Assembly (NCBI GenBank): GCA_951406725.2
Contig: OX597817.1
Location: forward strand, 126,542,001 to 126,606,000
Reading direction: 5' to 3'
Length of the DNA stretch: 64,000 bases
Source of the DNA: Octopus vulgaris
Taxonomy: Eukaryota
Below, piece by piece: positions 41,048 through 55,342 of this stretch. Positions within the stretch are counted from its first letter, which is position 1. Each line of letters opens with the position of its first letter. Below the pieces are notes generated by a model. The model did not search any database and was not told the DNA's origin. It saw only the letters and a program-made list of their open reading frames with translations. The translations under genes were made by a program, and so were the position numbers.

Positions 41048-44000
41048 TATGTGTGTGTGAGTGAAAATATTCATATTATGTATGTGATAGATTTTGAGAA
41101 ATGTCTATTACCCTAACCTTTCCACCACTCGAAATGAAATAATATGTAACTGTTGAATAACACTGACCTTCACATTTGAAAATTGATATCAGTTTTCTTA
41201 CTGAAGAAATATTAATTTAGTAAACGTGGTTATGTTCAGTTAAGAAGAAGCAATAAATTTTTATGGCATAATGATCATCTTGTTTTTATCAGTAACATTT
41301 CACATGAAAATACTAATACTTACATAAATTGAAAAAAAAATAAATGTGTATAAATTATATATAATTGTTGTCCCTTTAAATAGTTCCATTTTCAAAGATA
41401 ATAAGAAAACAAATTTAAGAATGTTTTGTAAAACAAGAGCATATTTTCATTTCGATTGTTGAACTGATAATTTTCACTTTGTTGACCAGCATGTGTTATC
41501 AATCATTGTAGTTTTCCAATTACCCTTATATCATTATTTTTTATGACTATGACATTTTGAGGGATACACTCACCTTCTTCATCAATGATACATCTTGGAT
41601 TTTGAGATATCAGGTTGAAGAAAATTTACATCGAAACTCGTATTGCATAGGAAACTTTCATTGTTTTGCAAAAATGTTTGGAAGTATTTTAAAATGTTAG
41701 CATATTTCTGTTTTAGGTTAAAATGTTTACAAAAACACTTGTGGTCATAGATTCTGAAATTCTATTATAATTCACCAGCTTTATAATTCTAATGTTCCAT
41801 ATACACATTGTTTGCTGTTTGTATTGGTTAATCGAAAACGTTAGAAATGTACTTCGTAGATAAATGAATGCATACCTCATTTTATCAAAAGTATTAACAT
41901 ACAAATTCATGAAGTCAGGCAACAACGTTTGCATCGGTTAGTTGAACTGATTTAATATGGTATTGATTCAGATTAAGAATACTTTCCGGTCTATCTATCT
42001 TTGTCCTGAGAAGCGATTTTGTAGTGGTATTCGCCCAAGTTCAAATGCATTGATAGCTTAATATATCCACGCTTTTGAACGAGGAACGTAGCAATAACTA
42101 TTTTTAGAGAAAGCTCACAATGCAGTGTTGGCACTGTCATTTACTTACTAAAAAATACGAGGGTTAATTTACATAAGTTTATTTCAGATCTATTGGTTCA
42201 TTAGTGTAGATAGAAATGAATTTATTGGCATTGTGGTGGGAGCTACCTTTTATATTTCTTTTCGAAATTATTTTGCTATATTGAAAAGCTTCATGATAGA
42301 AGGTGAATTGCACCCAGCACAGTGATGTAATTAAATAAGTAAACTACTGTCGTATCAGAGTTATGAATTAGATTATATTCCCTATCATTTCATTGTAAGT
42401 ATAGAAGCACAAGGACTAATCATAATTTTGATAATTAATCTTTAAACAAAACCTTCAGAGATACCGCTAGAAAGACCACAGTATTTTATTACGAAACGAA
42501 AATGTACGATCAAGTCTATTAATGGTATACGAGTCATTATTGTGCCTTAATTTTGTGTTAGCAGTATGATGGTCTTATGTTAAAGTTTAACTCTAAAGGT
42601 TTTATACAGAAAGTTATGACATTTCGTATACGAATGCGTTTATATAAGGAATGCGATCGAAAATAGAACAAATAAGTAATTGGTGCATATGCTTATTTCA
42701 AGAGTTGTTCCTATCTCAACAGTACCACATCCAAGCTACCAACTATACACTAACGCATTGGTTAGATATCCACTAATTTTAGCGGTGTAACACTATTGAA
42801 CGTACCAGTTTACATATCAAACATATTCCCACCAACTGGTACGTAAATATAAATTGCTAGCAAGGGTATAATATTTCGTTTTGCAAATATTATATGCTAT
42901 CAAGTATATTAAACGTTTACAGACATACTAAACCGGAATATAAAGGATTAGAAGATTAGTATCATTAAAAACGACTTCAATGCTAAAGAATCTTAGAGAA
43001 GTTTTATATATTGCAATTTTAGTAGAGTTGATATTGTTATTAAGTTGACAGATTGCTCTTTCCAAATCTAACTTTAATTGTTTCAGTAAGACCGTGAAGT
43101 GTTCGAGCGCTTCAAATGGTAAAGCTGTTAAACATGATTAAAATCCAGTGGAGATGGAAATGTCAGACATTTCTTTGATATTAAGTGTCATCAACTACAA
43201 CCGAATTTGGATTGCACAATGTTAAAAGTCATGGATTGTGACTAACCAAATTAATGATTAAAGTGCATCTAAAATACTTCAGACATTTACACTAAAAGCA
43301 TATAATAAAACAACGAATACAGTTATCATTTTCATAATGTACAATACTATCGTAAATTTATTAAGACATGTAAGTAAAAAATTTCAAAATAATGGGTACA
43401 CATTTTACTGTTATAGTTATATACCCGAAATCTAATGATGTGATTTCTCATGATGTAGAACATTTTGTATTGCATGCAAAATGTCCAACATTAGAATCTT
43501 TATGATTTATGTATTTCACATTTAAATTGCTTCTGTTCATCTCTCTCGTACTTTTCATAGATTTCACCTAATTTTCTCTTTGTAGGCATCCTTAACAGAA
43601 ACACCAAATATTAGCAAGCAAAAGTATCTACTTAGAAGTATTATCGGGATGAATATACATATAAACTAGACGCATAAACATTTATCACATGATGCATATT
43701 ATACTCTTGATTTAATATAATTCGTGTGTAATGTCAGTGGCTAATATGACCCATTATCACATATTACAAATGATTATTACGGTTTCAAATGTAATTGTTA
43801 AAACAGTTCTATATGTATGTATTTATGTACATAGGCAAGCCTGTAGGCACGAGTGTACTATTGTGAACCTGTGTGTATGCATGCATATATATATATATAT
43901 ACATAGTCATTTATATGCACACACATACATGGTGCTTTATATGCAAATATATGTTATATGTCTGTGTGTGTGCGCACGTGCGTTTGTGAGAAAAGGTTGA

Positions 44001-44194
44001 ATTGTATTTCATCCTTTACTTTGGAGGGTTTCAAAGGACGATTTCTAACAAAAATTCTTCATATTTTGCCTGTAGCTTTCTGGCGTAAGATTTTTGCGAA
44101 TATTAAATTATTACATATATATGGTGTGTTTGGAGTATTTATTGTAAGGTATCCCAAAGAAGCTCAACAAATATATTAAAAATGGGCGAGAGTT

Positions 44195-44598
44195 ATAGGC
44201 GCTGGAGTGGCTGTGCGGTAAGTAGGTTGCTTACGAACCACATGGTTCATCGATTTCAGCATCACAGCGTGGCACTTTAGGCAAGTGTATTCTACTATAG
44301 CCTCCGGCCGACTAAAGCCTTGAGACTGGATTTGGTAGACGGAAACTGAAAGACGCTCGTCATATGTGTTTATATATGTGTGTGTTTGTATGTCTGAGTT
44401 TGTTCCAGCCCCCAACATCGCTTGACAATCGATGGTGGTGTGTTTACGTCCCCATAAATTAGCGGTTCGGCAACAGAGACCGATAGTATAAGTACTTGGC
44501 TAACAAAGATTAAGTCCTGGGGTACATTTCCTCCACTGTAGGTGGTGCTCTAGCATGGTCGCAGTCAAATGACTGAAACAGGTAAAAGAGTAAAATAG
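44195..44598 (+). mobile_element. SINE family B, near full length
   Basis: AGGCGCTGGAGTGGCTGTGCGGTAAGTAG head through GCAGTCAAATGACTGAAACA.GTAAAAGAG tail. Confidence 0.9.
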
Positions 44599-44874
44599 AA
44601 GACGTTAAAATTTGAAAGTATTTTAATACACGCATAAGATTGTTTCAAACAGTGATATTTACATGTAAATAACATGGTAGAATAATTAAAATTAATTTGA
44701 TTAAATTTAATTAATTATATATCACTGTTCTGCTTAGTGCAAGAAGTATACAACAATAATTATTATCTTTACAGACAACTTGATGAAGGAAATAGCAGAT
44801 AACAAATTCGCATATACATATTTTATCCTTATGAAAAAATATGTATATCCGAGTGTTCTGATGATTTCAGAGCG

Positions 44875-45152
44875 TTTAGAATGCATTTTTATGCTTTGAT
44901 ACTGGTGATACTTTTGAATCTTCAGTCTGTAACTCCTTACAGAAGTTGTAGATGAAAGATCTGATAACTTTTAGAAATCGAGATATTTCTAAATCGCTAT
45001 TCTCACCCTTCATAACCACAATAACAGCATGTTTCTTCATTTCTAGGGTAAGCTGAGGGTCTGCCATTATAAGTTTCTGAAACAAAGATTATACAAAGTT
45101 ACCAAAAATGCAGCAATGACCCCAAAAAGTGAGTCCTCAACTACCTCACACC

Positions 45153-45155
<3 letters not shown>
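44875..45155 (-). mobile_element. Tc1/mariner-superfamily fragment, same family as 14996-15571
   Basis: TIR ending ...CTACCTCACACCCTG|TA; MKKHAVIVVMKGENSDLEISRFLKV..SF...VSPVSK. Confidence 0.8.
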
Positions 45156-45241
<86 letters not shown>

Positions 45242-45389
45242 CCTTAAAGAGAACTTCATAAACCTAAACTACGTGGATGGTATCAACATAGTAGCCAAAG
45301 CACCCCTACAAGATAATGTTGATAATCAAGAAGCTGACACACCATCCACCCAGTGCATAGAAATAACGATAGACTAACTTAATAAGCAC

Positions 45390-46340
45390 CTTAACTATAG
45401 ATTACCCGTTTTAGACACTGAATTCTGGTTAGAAACGAAGAACGGTTATGTCAAGATCCTTCACTCACATTACGCCAAACCCAAGACCTCTGAATACCTT
45501 ATTCACAAGAACGCACCAATTGAGGACAATGCCAAATTTAACATTGCTATAGCTGACTTGGTGAGATGGATGAAGGATGTGTCTCGTATGTACGACCCTA
45601 TTAAATTGGAAAGACACATACTACACTTCATCCACTGCCTGCAGTTTTATGGTTACAACCAAAGGGACAGAATTAGAGTGAACAAAGGAGCTAGAACTAA
45701 GTACAAAGCCATAATAAAGTGTGATGCTAAAGGGATCTGCCCGTTGTACAAGAGTAAATCCTGGAACAGCTCAGAAAGGACCAATAATAAGATAAATAAC
45801 GCCAACACTTGGTATGATACACAAAGTGGCAGAGTCATGTTCGTTGATGCTACGTATGGAGGCGAACAAGTACATCTTTTTCGAAAACATTAAGTAAGGC
45901 TAATCTTGGAATTAAAGTAGTAGAGAGGTCTGGTGTCCCATTAAAATCTCTGATTTGCAATACCTGTCCCTTCTCTAAGTACTCCTGTACGGAGTCCAAC
46001 TGTGTTTTATGTAGGATGAAACCACAAATTAACTGTAAGGTTCGAAATGTTGTGTACAGCTTACCATTTACTGAAGGACGGTGCAGAAACATGATAGCTA
46101 CCTACACTGGAGAGACTGCACGCAGCATAAGAGAGTGTACATTGGCGAAAACTCAAAGAAGGGAAAAGCTCGTCAGTTCCCTAGCAACATTCTCAGGCAG
46201 AATATGGAGACTCAATTAATAGAATAGGTTCTAATTACTATCGACTCATAAAACTGACACGACACTTAGACAGATCACTGAGGCTACACACATAACAGTA
46301 GACAGACCTTAATAAAATGAATGCGGATGGAACAGTGACA
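45390..46340 (+). mobile_element. Penelope-like element: RT C-terminus/thumb + GIY-YIG endonuclease (pseudogene)
   Basis: LPVLDTEFW...HSHYAKP...IADLVRWM...LQFYGY...VMFVDATYGG...CKVRNVVY...YTGETARSIRE...LRQITEA. Confidence 0.85.
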
Positions 46341-46627
46341 CACAACTCCACACCACATAACTAAAAAGAGAATGGATGAGAAGAGAGTGGGAAAAATCGT
46401 AAATAATGAACTAAAACAGACAGTGTAGTACACACACATTAGATATGTATGCACTTACCTGTGAGATATATGACAAATAGAGAGAAATGTTTAAAAAATA
46501 ATAAAGTATACAAACACATATGTAAATAAATATATAAATATAGTTGTCACATACTTGTGATAAATATAAGATATAGAGACAGGTACAATACATAAATGAA
46601 ACTATATACAGGGCATGGATACATACA

Positions 46628-46674
46628 ACATATGAAGAGTTCACACACAAACTCACGCGCAAGAAATTTCATGT
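46628..46674 (+). ncRNA. Decayed minimal HHR in the pLTR downstream of the PLE
   Basis: acat-ATGAAGA...GAAA-TT-TC-atgt; C3 mutated. Confidence 0.4.
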
Positions 46675-46779
46675 ATGGCTATAAACTGTCAACATAATGA
46701 ACAAGGACAACAACAGCGCCCGTGAAAATGCTGGCAATAACAACAACTACACACATACACAGAGGAATATATATATATT

Positions 46780-46995
46780 TCTTTACTGCCTTACAAGGGG
46801 CTAAACATAGAGGGGCAAACAAGGACAAAGGAATTACAATGATCCCAGTTGCAAAACTGGTATTTTATTTATCGACACCGAAAGGATGAAAGGCAAAGTC
46901 GACCCCGGCGGAATTTGAACTCAGAACATAACGACAGACGAAATACCGCTAATCATTTCACCCGGCGCGCTAACGTTTCTGCCAGCTCGCCGCCT
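46780..46995 (-). mobile_element. SINE family A
   Basis: CCGAAAGGATGAAAGGCAAAGTCGAC...GAATTTGAACTCAGAAC...CTAACGTTTCTGCCAGCTCGCCGCC. Confidence 0.9.
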
Positions 46996-46996
46996 T

Positions 46997-47081
<85 letters not shown>

Positions 47082-47605
47082 GTATACACACATACACACA
47101 TACGTATACACACATACGTATATTCATACCTACATCCATACATATCTATACATATATACATGTGTACATATACAATATGTGAACAGTCTTAGGAGAGAAG
47201 GTAATTGGGGGTGTTGAGGGGACGGTGGGTGTGGGGGGGATGTGGGGGTGTCGTCAATCGGGTTGCCGGGTGGGTCTGTAGTTTTTGTAGTTTGCATAAA
47301 TCTTATGCATGCAAGTTGGGGAGTGTCTGCGTCTGCGTATGTGTATGTGTATGAGTGTGCGTGTGAGTGTGTGTACGTGTGTAAGTGTTTATGTTCGTAT
47401 CAGTGGGTAGAAAGATAGAAAGGAAGGTAGAGGGGCAATAAATGGTTTTTTAAGCCAGCCAGCCAAGCTCCCTTGGGAGAAACCTACCTCTGTGTCGGCT
47501 TCGTTGGTCGAGGTCAAATAAAAACAATATATATATATGTATGTATATATATGTGCGTGTATATATATATATATATATATATATAAGAGTGTGTATGAAT
47601 GTGTG

Positions 47606-47646
<41 letters not shown>

Positions 47647-47985
47647 GGATATGTGAGCGTGTGTGTATGGTGGTGTATATCCTCTTTTATATTTATTTAT
47701 TTTACATATATATGTGTAGATATTTGTGTTTATGTATGAGTATGGGTATGGGTGAGTACGTAGATGTATGTAAATGGGTGCATATGTACATGTGTATATG
47801 GATGTATGTGGGTATGTGTATGTAAACTCTATTATTCTATTTATTCTTTTATCTACTTTATCACTGATTCCATTGACCACTCCCCTAAGAATGATAGTTT
47901 GCGCCATGCCTACCCCAAAAAGTCCCCCACCACCACCCCTTAAACCTGCCTAAGTGTATAAATGCCAAAACTATTCTTGTCACCT

Positions 47986-48036
47986 AGCTTCCTGATGATT
48001 TATTTTGAATGAAACAGTTCTAGTCCTGTAGAAGCT
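47986..48036 (+). ncRNA. Type I hammerhead ribozyme with intact core
   Basis: AGCTTC-CTGATGA-tttattttgaat-GAA-ACAG-ttctagtc-CTGT-A-GAAGCT: 6-bp stem I, 4-bp stem III, GUA cleavage triplet, weak stem II. Confidence 0.8.
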
Positions 48037-48118
48037 CCTTCTATAAAATAAATTAATTTACTCTGCTATGTATTGAGTACCTTATTTCCTGTGGTTAACC
48101 CCGACTCAACCCGGGACC

Positions 48119-48153
<35 letters not shown>

Positions 48154-48298
48154 TATAGGAATTATACCATAATGTTTTGGGGCGGGTCTTTGGACTGTAG
48201 TTGCACAAGGGACTGAGGTGGTGGGGCTGAGGGGAAGGCCACACTGCTGCTAAAAACTATGACACACTAACAGCCACAAACACACAAACACACACGCA

Positions 48299-48340
<42 letters not shown>

Positions 48341-48359
48341 CATCCGCGCATGACAATAT

Positions 48360-48612
48360 ACACATCTTAGAATACCAGAATGGAGTAAGTGGAGCAGGAA
48401 CACCCACGAAAACCAAATTGTCGCTGAAGTGGTCACAGATGTGTGACGAAAGCTTTCCGCACAATGTACGTGAATTAAAATAAAATAGGAACAGTAATAA
48501 ACGAGTGAAGAAAAAATATACGGTACGTGTGTTTATTTGACAAAAAATGACCGTCTCGAAATACAACAATATCTGTTTCAATACACGATTTCGCATCAGG
48601 AATGTTGCAAAA
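48360..48612 (+). mobile_element. HHR-bearing short repeat, same family as 15577-15945
   Basis: TTGTCG-CTGAAGT-G-GTCACA-gatg-TGTGAC-GAAA-GCTT-TC; shared tail GAAATACAACAATATCTGTT. Confidence 0.75.
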
Positions 48613-48631
48613 CGAATTGACAAACGCATTG

Positions 48632-48662
<31 letters not shown>

Positions 48663-49134
48663 CACACGTACATATATATATGCAAATTATAAGCATAAAT
48701 ATGTGCACCGTCAGAGAGACACAATGACTGATCGAGCTGGTGAAATCCATGATAGATTAATCTGATGACTATCATATTTAGGCTCTACCTACCTCAGAAA
48801 AACTAAGGGAAAAATCTCTGAACTGCAGATTCTAGTAAATAGGTCCTGTTCTAAAAGAGGAAACAAGATGGGGCTAGCGGTCGTGCTGATTGCCCATCGG
48901 TCCTTGAGAGTGTTTCGGTGATGAGCGGGGCGGGGAGTAAAAGCAAGGTAGATACAAATAAAGTAAATGCAGAACTCAGAAACATTTAATAAACACGGCA
49001 AAAAATTTATTAATCACAAATCACAAATACAGCTTAAATATTACAGTCAACAGAGATTTATCATTGCATAAAGCTGATCAAAGTGTTCTCGCTCAGAACT
49101 ACTTCTGCGCCGTGGTAGTTCTGCAAGCTGCTCA

Positions 49135-49135
<1 letters not shown>

Positions 49136-49226
<91 letters not shown>

Positions 49227-49239
49227 TAATATTAATAAC

Positions 49240-49277
<38 letters not shown>

Positions 49278-49293
49278 CAATAATATTAATAAC

Positions 49294-49331
<38 letters not shown>

Positions 49332-49398
49332 TAATAATAATAATAACAATAATAATAATAACAATAATAATAATAATAATAGCAATAATAATGATAAC

Positions 49399-49445
<47 letters not shown>

Positions 49446-49452
49446 TAATAAT
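49136..49452. repeat. Long (AAT)n microsatellite
   Basis: Direct, about 315 bp with AAC interruptions. Confidence 0.97.
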
Positions 49453-51371
49453 AGCTACATGAACTTCTGTGATTCGCTGAGTGAGATGAGAGAGTGAGAA
49501 AGAAAGTGAAAGACAGAAAGTGCAACGGAGAAGATAATATTCAGAGAGATAACGAACATCAAGTTAGCAGGATTGACAGATTCGGCGAAAGAAATATGGA
49601 AACGGAGAATTCCTACTACTTTGATTAATAATTCCATGCAGCATCAAACCATATAATTCTAAAGGGAGATTATAGTTGACTCATATATAATCAGAAAATA
49701 AATATTTGAGAGGATTTTTGTTAAGTAGTAGATGATAAAGAGAATATATTTGTGTAAAATAATATTGGCGCGTATATGTGTATATGTGTGAATCTGTGTG
49801 TGCGCCTGTGACTGTTTGTGTGTCTGTGTGAGTGTACATATGTGCGCCTGTGTCTATACGCCATCCTGTGTACATGTATGCATATATTTATGCATATGTA
49901 CAATGAATATGAATTGATATTCATGTATATACATTAATTCATGCACATACAAATATCCAAATATCGATGTACACATATGTACATTCTTTTATACATAAAT
50001 ATACGAATATATACAAACATACGTATATACACATATGTATATGAAATACTGACTTGATAAACAGTTTGTGATTGACAAATCAATGAAAAGTTATCTCATC
50101 TTAACCGATATACGCTCTGCTGAAGATATATATGTGTAATCCGAAGTGTATAACATAGGCAAGTAAGAAATTCAAGTCCGATTATAAATATGAATAAGTT
50201 TAATTTTTATAAATACATGAAAGAACAGATATATATAGTACGAATAATGAAAAGAGAATTATCGTTTTGGTCTTCTTGAAGTATCATATCATTGATCTAT
50301 TTCTGTTATTTCTTCTTTGGAATTACAATGATGGTTTTACGGAAAATCAACTAGAAATTATATGTAGAGAATTTGTGATGAATATCAAAGCATTTGTGAT
50401 AAATGTCAGTAGATTTCACTGTGAATTCAAACGGTCTACAAACTCTTTCATGGAAAATTTGTATTGGGATATATGTTCTACGATAAATATTTTTGTCTAT
50501 CCTGTCGATACAATAAGAAAGATATAACGTGGATGTTTAACGTAAATGTGTCCTGTCATACCCATCGGTTTTTTGTTTTACAGAAACAATTTCACATTGT
50601 ACACAACTTGCTACAAAAGCACACGAACCCACACACGCACACACACATACATGCATACATATATACATACACACACGCATGCATATATACACACACACGT
50701 AGTACGTACATACATGCATAAATACATACACCATACATACATACATACATTCATACATACACACATGCATACATACATACATATATATAAGCACACCTGC
50801 ACACAACTAGCTTGAGCGCATACTTAATGAATATTTTTGCGCTCTTAATACTTACAGCCCACTGATTCTAAACGATACACTACATATGCACGGTATTTAC
50901 TTAAAGTGCTGATCTCTTTATAACTACATAATCTTCTCTCCAACATATACTCCTCCATGTTTTGAGAGGAATATTTGAAGAAAGCTTAAGATGATAACAT
51001 AAAATGTAATCCGTTTAGGCTATTCACAATTCTTTAATTTCATTCTTTTTGTTAGTGTTACAAATAATAAATGTGAATATGCGTATCACTGGAAAAGGGT
51101 TTTTAATATATATAGAATTATATCAGTATATAACGTAAGAAAACAAGAGTTAAGAGAAACTTGAATCTAGAAAGCTAAGAGATGTAACTAAAGAATGAGT
51201 GCTAGATTTTACGAAACAGAAACTAGGAATTGTAGCAGTCGATAAAATTATATCTTCACTGTTTACTGAACAAACAGAATTGTAGTTATGAAGCAAGAAA
51301 AACAATAGTTTGTATATATTATTGAATGACATGTTAGTTCATATTTTATGCATGCCTTTCTATCTTAAAAT

Positions 51372-51416
<45 letters not shown>

Positions 51417-51559
51417 CACACACATACATATGTATATTGAGAGGTATCTTTTACTGGTTTTATTCAGAGGGTGGGGCCATACTGGAGCATCACCTTTCAA
51501 TGTTTTGGGGTTTACCTTTCGGTACTGCTTTTGGAGGAGAAGCAGCTTGAAAGAAGCTG

Positions 51560-51890
51560 CTCTACTTTGTGCCTCCTGGCGCGATGTTGGCTCATCTCGG
51601 ATTGCAGATAGAATTTTTCCAGATGCTCTTTGAACGATTCCAATTCTACACGTTTTAAATCTCTTAGGTTCTTTGGCAGGATGTTAAACATTTGCTATCT
51701 CCTGAAACGCAAGTTGTTGCAATACTGTGTCATTATCTGAAATAAAGATGGTATCTTGGGTATTAGCAGTGTCATCCAGTCCAGTGGTTCGTATATCAAT
51801 TTAATTCCAAAGATGGGAACTTGACCTTCCAGAATCTTCCATATGTATAACACTGTATAACTTTCTCGCCTTCTTTGCAAGGAGTGGAGC
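51560..51890 (-). mobile_element. CR1-like LINE 3' fragment
   Basis: LHSLQRRRESYTVLYIWKILEGQVPIFGI...QYCNNLRFR. Confidence 0.7.
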
Positions 51891-52039
51891 TATTTGTATA
51901 TATTCCTACATCTATATACATATATATATATATATATAAATCTATATATATATATATATATGTTTGTGTGTATGTATGTAAATATATATGTATCTATGTG
52001 TGTGTTTGTGTATAAGCACATGGGTTAAATGAACTACAG

Positions 52040-52290
52040 AGAGCAGGAGGAAACACATGGTATGGAAAATTGCGGAAGAGGGCACAGGTACGTGGCGAAA
52101 CTATTTTCAGACAATGGGCATAAAATGAGAACAATAATAAACAAATTAAGACCAAATATATAGTGCTTGTGTTTGTTTGGTAACAAAAATCACCATCCCA
52201 AAATATAACGATATATAGAGAGAATCATACACATACCAGTAATTCCCACATTGATGGCTCCTGGTATTTAGGTAAGCTACATACACTTTG
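52040..52290 (+). mobile_element. Possible decayed R4-type RLE fragment
   Basis: Weak: IPVIPTLMAPG resembles IPVIVGALG. Confidence 0.25.
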
Positions 52291-54129
52291 TTATATAACT
52301 GCTAAGTGACTCCAGTTGCTAATATTTTTCTTATTATAAGCAGTGCCTAATAGTAAATAATTCTTTTATATACAGTGCACCTATATGCTGTTATATAGCG
52401 TGAACTTATATTTCCTAATACAAGAATATATAAACACGCACATACACATTCATGCATAGACGTTAATATCTATTGTTTTGCGAATTATTACTACAATGTT
52501 CATGGCAGTAATTCAACTAACAGTATGAGAAACGAGTAAAAAATCCCTGTCACATTTGAATAAAAGTGAAGAATAAGCAATTTAAAAAGAAAACGAAAGG
52601 AAACAAAATGGGAATTATAACAATATATTTCTATTACTTAAAACAGACCCATTAATTTGCTCACGGTATTCTTTGGAGATTGATTTTTATTTGCAAAACG
52701 CTTTTGTTTGTTTATATTATTTCCAACTAATTTCTTTATTTAATTTGAAAAAATATTCTTTTGGTTGCAGAAATATACAATTTAATTAAATTGAAGAATA
52801 AAGAATAGTTAAGAAAACATAAACAAAATATAGTGAAGTATATTTACGAATGTATATATATGTATGTATGTATGTAAATATGTATATATATATATGTGTG
52901 TACGTGTGTGTGTATGTATATATAAATATTAATTTTGATATTTAGGCGTATCACTAATGAAAACTATACATGTAAATAATTTCTCCACATTGCTTTCTAT
53001 AGGATAATTATAAAATATATGTGCCTGTATCTATGAATATGTCGATAGGTGTTATTGTGTATGTATGTGTTCTTCTTTATGCCTATACACATGTGTGCAA
53101 TATTTCAAGTAAGAATGATGAACTAAATTTGTGGAGGAATTGTTTTGATTTCCCTGAAGTTAACATAATCAATTACCTTCGAGCAAATATTTATGATGAT
53201 AAATATACTTGAAATTGGAGATTATACTTATCTAATGTAGTATTCCATTAGAGATATAGACATACGCCTACGGAAAATGTAATGACATTAGTTGGAAATT
53301 TGAAAAATATTGAAGAATTCTATCTTATTTTTCTGAGCTTCAGTATATCAGGAACACAGATTTGAACAAAGATATCTCAATAAATATACCTAACATTTGA
53401 ATAAGTATGTATTCCTGAAATACAAAGCATATTCAGACATGTCATACGCTACACGAAAGAAATAAAAACGCACAAGCAAGTGCCACATACTGTGCCCCGG
53501 CGTTTTTGTCACATGTCAATAAATTATTATCAATATTGCCTTTTGTTTATCCTTATCCAAGTAATGAAATGTTATATGAGTTGAGATACTGTATATTTGA
53601 GCATAAAACGCATTCGCCCACGTTGGAACTATATTTATTATAAAACCACTCAGTGAAAACAAATTACATACCAGGTACCCGCCAATTTTTCTGTTTCACT
53701 GCGTTGCATCAATCTCATGTTGATTCCCTCAAATATAAATTGAAATAGCAAACTGTGTATTGTTCATAGAATATAGGTAACTGTGTATTGTGCATAGTAA
53801 AATAGGTACTCTTTGTTCCATGCAAATTACTCTTTCTCCTCAGCAAATTACAAAACACTGAAATAATAGTGAAATCATATTAGTGCGATGAGTATCACAC
53901 TAAATAATTGTGTTTACAAATAATGTATTATCAAATTAATTCTAAGTTACATACTTACAGGGCTTGTTTGTAGCACATTGATATTATTTTCAAAATTTAC
54001 TGGTACATTTTTCTCTCAATACCTTACTTATTAATAAAGATAATCGTTATTGGGGTAGTCTATAAAGTATTATCGAATTTGTAATTATGGCAGCGTGCTT
54101 CCTAAATTTCCTATTGTTCTTCACGTTCT

Positions 54130-54410
54130 GAGATCTAATTACGCTGGGTTTCACTTTGATTTCCATCGTGTCAAGATCGATACGATAAGTACAGTTGAGC
54201 ACTGCAGAGGATGTAATCGACTTCCTACCTGCCCTAATGTTCCTGACACTGTGATAAAAGTTAGAATGAACCAGCAAGCTTTCTAACCAACTACATTGTC
54301 ACGGGTTCTGTCCCACTGCGTAGCACCTGGGCAACTCTCGTCTACTATCGACCAAAGCATTGTGACTGGATTTGGTAGACAGAAGCTAAAAGAAACCCGT
54401 TGTATATATA
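54130..54410 (+). mobile_element. Adjacent decayed SINE A and SINE B fragments
   Basis: CACGTTCTGAG...AAGTACAGTTGAGCACTG..ATGTAATCGACT, then GGGTTCTGTCCCACTGCGT...GGATTTGGTAGAC. Confidence 0.65.
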
Positions 54411-54937
54411 TATATATATATATATGGGGGGTGTATGTATATGTATGCATGTGTATTAGAGGGTACCCAAAGAACTAGCTTGATGGAGAGTGAAAATATC
54501 CAACGGACCAACAGAAATAGAGCAAACGATTCGAATTTAACATATCTTAGCTAAATATCCGTAGAATAAGGTAATAGAATAAGGATCATGATTTCGAATT
54601 TTGGCTTAGCTGAAATAATTTGTTATATTCCACAGTTTACCCGATATCTGTTGGTCTAAACAAGTGTGTGAATTACATATGTGAATTCCTCTCTAGGTTA
54701 ATTTCACATAGCTCTGCAAAGTGTGGTCATAGCTGTAATAAACATAATTGTATTGCTTAATAACTAACAGTAACAATGCTAAATTACATGTAGATCAACA
54801 CACCATATTTTAGACTTCTATATGTCTAGAGGAATTGCTGGCAACTAAGATGACACTGAACTACCCTTTACAATTATATGGCTAATTTATATAGATTGTT
54901 ATACCATATTGGCAGATGATTATAAAAATGATTGAGT

Positions 54938-55342
54938 TAAGGCGCAGGAAGGGTTGCGTGGTAAGTAGCTTGCTTACCAACTACATGGTTCCAGGTTCAG
55001 TCCCACTGCATGGAACCTTGGGATAGTGTCTTCTACTATAGCTTTGGGCCGACCAAAGCCTTGTGAGTGGATTTGGTAGACGGAAACTGAAAGAAGCCCG
55101 TTGTATATATGTATATATATATAATTGTGTGTGTGATTGTGTGCCTGTGCTTGTCACCCCCACTTGACAACCGACGCTGGTGTGTTTACATCCCCGTAAC
55201 TTAGCAGTTCTGCAAAAGAGACCGATAGAATAAGTACTAGGCTTACAAAAAATAAGTCCTGGGGTCAATTTACTTGACTAAAGGCGATGCTCGAGTATGG
55301 CCGCAGTCAAATGACAGAAACAAGTAAAAGAGTAAAGGAGTA
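54938..55342 (+). mobile_element. SINE family B, near full length
   Basis: AGGCGCAGGA..GTGGTAAGTAGCTTGCTTACCAAC head, CORE-like ACCTTGGG..AGTGTCTTCTAC, tail GTAAAAGAG. Confidence 0.9.

Noticed and set aside
50115-50160. CTGAAGA...GAAG possible hammerhead (also GAAA-ATAT-TC at about 5960 on the minus strand)
   Set aside because: Core incomplete and no convincing stem I; not distinguishable from chance.
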